Source: a virus. Taken from it: a stretch of 44,370 nucleotides of DNA. Below the pieces are notes generated by a model. It was not told where the DNA came from, searched no databases, and saw only the letters and a program-made list of their open reading frames with translations. The DNA is taken from the IMG/VR virus record IMGVR_UViG_3300045988_013117. One strand, 5' to 3'. Positions 42,879-44,370 of the stretch are shown here, in pieces (the stretch's first letter is position 1; every line of letters starts with the position of its first letter). Made by a program: the position numbers and the translations under genes.

Positions 42879-44195
42879 TTACTGAACATAGACGGTCATG
42901 TAAAGCTGGGCCATAGCGTTGACCGGGGTAACATAGTCAGCCACCACCACGGCCTTCTTGGTGTCGCCTTGTGCAACCGTCACATTGTCCGGGCTGAAGT
43001 TCTCAATGGCCCGGATATTCTGAAGTTCCTGATGGTGCTTCACAATGTCATTCCAAAGGCTGATCCGCCCGGAAGCATCGTTGGGAACCTTGCCAATGTA
43101 CTTGGTTCCAAACAGAACCGCAATATCATTGGCGATCTGATCCAGAACCCGGATGGTCTGATTGCTGGAAAAGTCGGAAGATTTTTCATCCGTGATGGAA
43201 GTGAAGGTGTTAATATCCTCCAAAACCACCACATTATCATCCACCAGATGGAACATGAAGGAACCTTCCGTGATACCGGCTTCCAGTTCGCTTTGGGTGT
43301 AATCGGTATCAACAGAATATTCACCGTCATAATCCATGTTGGTTGCAGACTTGTTCACAGCGGTTCCGGCCACCACGCCGGTTGCCCAAGGGATCAGGGC
43401 GGGGTTTTCGGTATCACCCACAAGGCCGTTTTTCACGCTCACAACGCCTTCATAATCGGCCAGATTGCGGAAGCAAACCACTTGAAACTTCTTGCCCACA
43501 TCGTCCCGCATACGCTTACAGAAGGAAGCAAACAGGGCGGTAATGGTGGGATTGGTGGACAGGCAACCCATAGCGTTGAAGGTATAGGCTTCCATCTTAT
43601 CCAAATAGGTTTGGAAAGTGGCATCCTCAACCGTGCCATTGGTGCCGCTGGTCAAGGGGGTGCTTGCCGTAAGGTCAAGGCTTGCCCCGGTGTTGAAGTC
43701 CACATAATCATTGTTCTTCAGGTCAGACATTTTGGAAATGGCCTTTTGCTGATCCACCTGAAGGGTTCCAAGGAAAGTGGAAACATCATACAGGGCCGAA
43801 TCCTCTTGGCTGTTCTCATTGGCTTCAATGACAATCCGAAGATCATTGCCACGGGTGCCGGGGTATTTGGCCGTTGCATAGGTGCAAGTGGCCTTCACGC
43901 CGGAAGTATTCAGGCGGAAGAAGTGAACCTTCTTGGCATGAAGGAAAATTTCACGCATGGGCTTCAGTTCATCCGCCGTGTACGCATATCCGAAAATCTT
44001 TTGGGAATTCTTCTGGAAATCCCCAAGTTCAACGGTGATAACCTCACCTTCAGGCCCCCAATTCATATCAAGGGGGATCGTTGCAATACCACGATCAGAA
44101 AGGGTGGCGCTTGCGCTTGCAACAGAAATGAAGTTGATATATGCACCGGGCAGAATTTTGTTCTGCGTCAAAAAAGTGCCGCCGCCAAGGGCCAT
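42879..44195 (-). CDS. Contractile tail sheath protein (XkdK-like)
   Basis: A 438-aa ORF with the typical sheath N-terminus MALGGGTFLTQNKILPGAYINF. Confidence 0.9.
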   Translation of the reverse strand: MALGGGTFLTQNKILPGAYINFISVASASATLSDRGIATIPLDMNWGPEGEVITVELGDFQKNSQKIFGYAYTADELKPMREIFLHAKKVHFFRLNTSGVKATCTYATAKYPGTRGNDLRIVIEANENSQEDSALYDVSTFLGTLQVDQQKAISKMSDLKNNDYVDFNTGASLDLTASTPLTSGTNGTVEDATFQTYLDKMEAYTFNAMGCLSTNPTITALFASFCKRMRDDVGKKFQVVCFRNLADYEGVVSVKNGLVGDTENPALIPWATGVVAGTAVNKSATNMDYDGEYSVDTDYTQSELEAGITEGSFMFHLVDDNVVVLEDINTFTSITDEKSSDFSSNQTIRVLDQIANDIAVLFGTKYIGKVPNDASGRISLWNDIVKHHQELQNIRAIENFSPDNVTVAQGDTKKAVVVADYVTPVNAMAQLYMTVYVQ

Positions 44196-44196
44196 A

Positions 44197-44370
44197 TCAA
44201 TTCACCTTTCCTTTCTTGAAAAAATTCTGAAGCAAGCTGTCCACCTGCTCCATTGTGTATTCCTTGCCATCTTCCAGAAGGACGGACAGAAGATCACGCC
44301 GCTTGGCGTATCGCTGGAAGGTCAGGATGTTTCTTTTGGTGAAAACCGGAACCGGGGTGGAAACGGGCGG
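44197..44370 (-). CDS. 3' portion of the 73-aa junction-spanning ORF (44294..44370 duplicates 1..77)
   Basis: The TGA stop is at 44199..44197, 1 nt before the sheath ATG. The same frame continues from 125..1. Confidence 0.55.
   Translation of the reverse strand, partial: PPVSTPVPVFTKRNILTFQRYAKRRDLLSVLLEDGKEYTMEQVDSLLQNFFKKGKVN
44294..44370. repeat. Terminal overlap, identical to 1..77
   Basis: Direct comparison of the two ends. Confidence 0.95.

Overview
The window is a complete, circularly closed phage genome. Bases 1..77 are identical to 44294..44370, so the unique length is 44,293 bp. It is a temperate, contractile-tailed phage with a PBSX/Xkd-like tail module. A Bacillota-type host is inferred from tRNAs close to Bacillus-type tRNAs as recalled, an amidase plus SH3b endolysin and no spanins.

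Almost all genes are on the minus strand:
- Packaging and head: terS, terL, portal, a tRNA array, a MuF-family minor head protein fused to an HExxH metallopeptidase-like domain, scaffold and major capsid.
- Connectors and tail: sheath, tube, a chaperone with a -1 frameshift, tape measure, LysM protein and baseplate.
- Tail fibre followed by a diversity-generating retroelement (DGR).
- Lysis cassette.
- Early/replication block: Cro-like regulator, SprT-like protein, PAPS-reductase-like protein, SNF2 helicase, VRR-NUC, a Cas4-like nuclease fused to an ATPase, DUF669, family-B DNA polymerase, P4-type primase-helicase, a dNTP pyrophosphohydrolase and ThyX.

Only the lysogeny module (CI/LexA-like repressor, a small membrane protein, tyrosine integrase) is on the plus strand.

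The strongest finding is a complete DGR in the order VR, avd, TR, RT. Its 125-nt template and variable repeats differ at 13 positions, all of them template adenines, and it diversifies the tail-fibre C-terminus.

Other items worth follow-up:
- a fourth tRNA-like gene whose anticodon arm is replaced by a GC helix presenting the anti-Shine-Dalgarno sequence CACCUCCUU;
- the MuF-metallopeptidase fusion with a tightly linked 50-aa ORF and a terminator;
- a roughly 105-bp AT-rich element bounded by 16-20 bp inverted repeats, present twice;
- a candidate small RNA unit in the integrase leader;
- three copies of a 16-bp palindromic operator.

All protein family calls come from motif recognition by eye. 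No database search was run.
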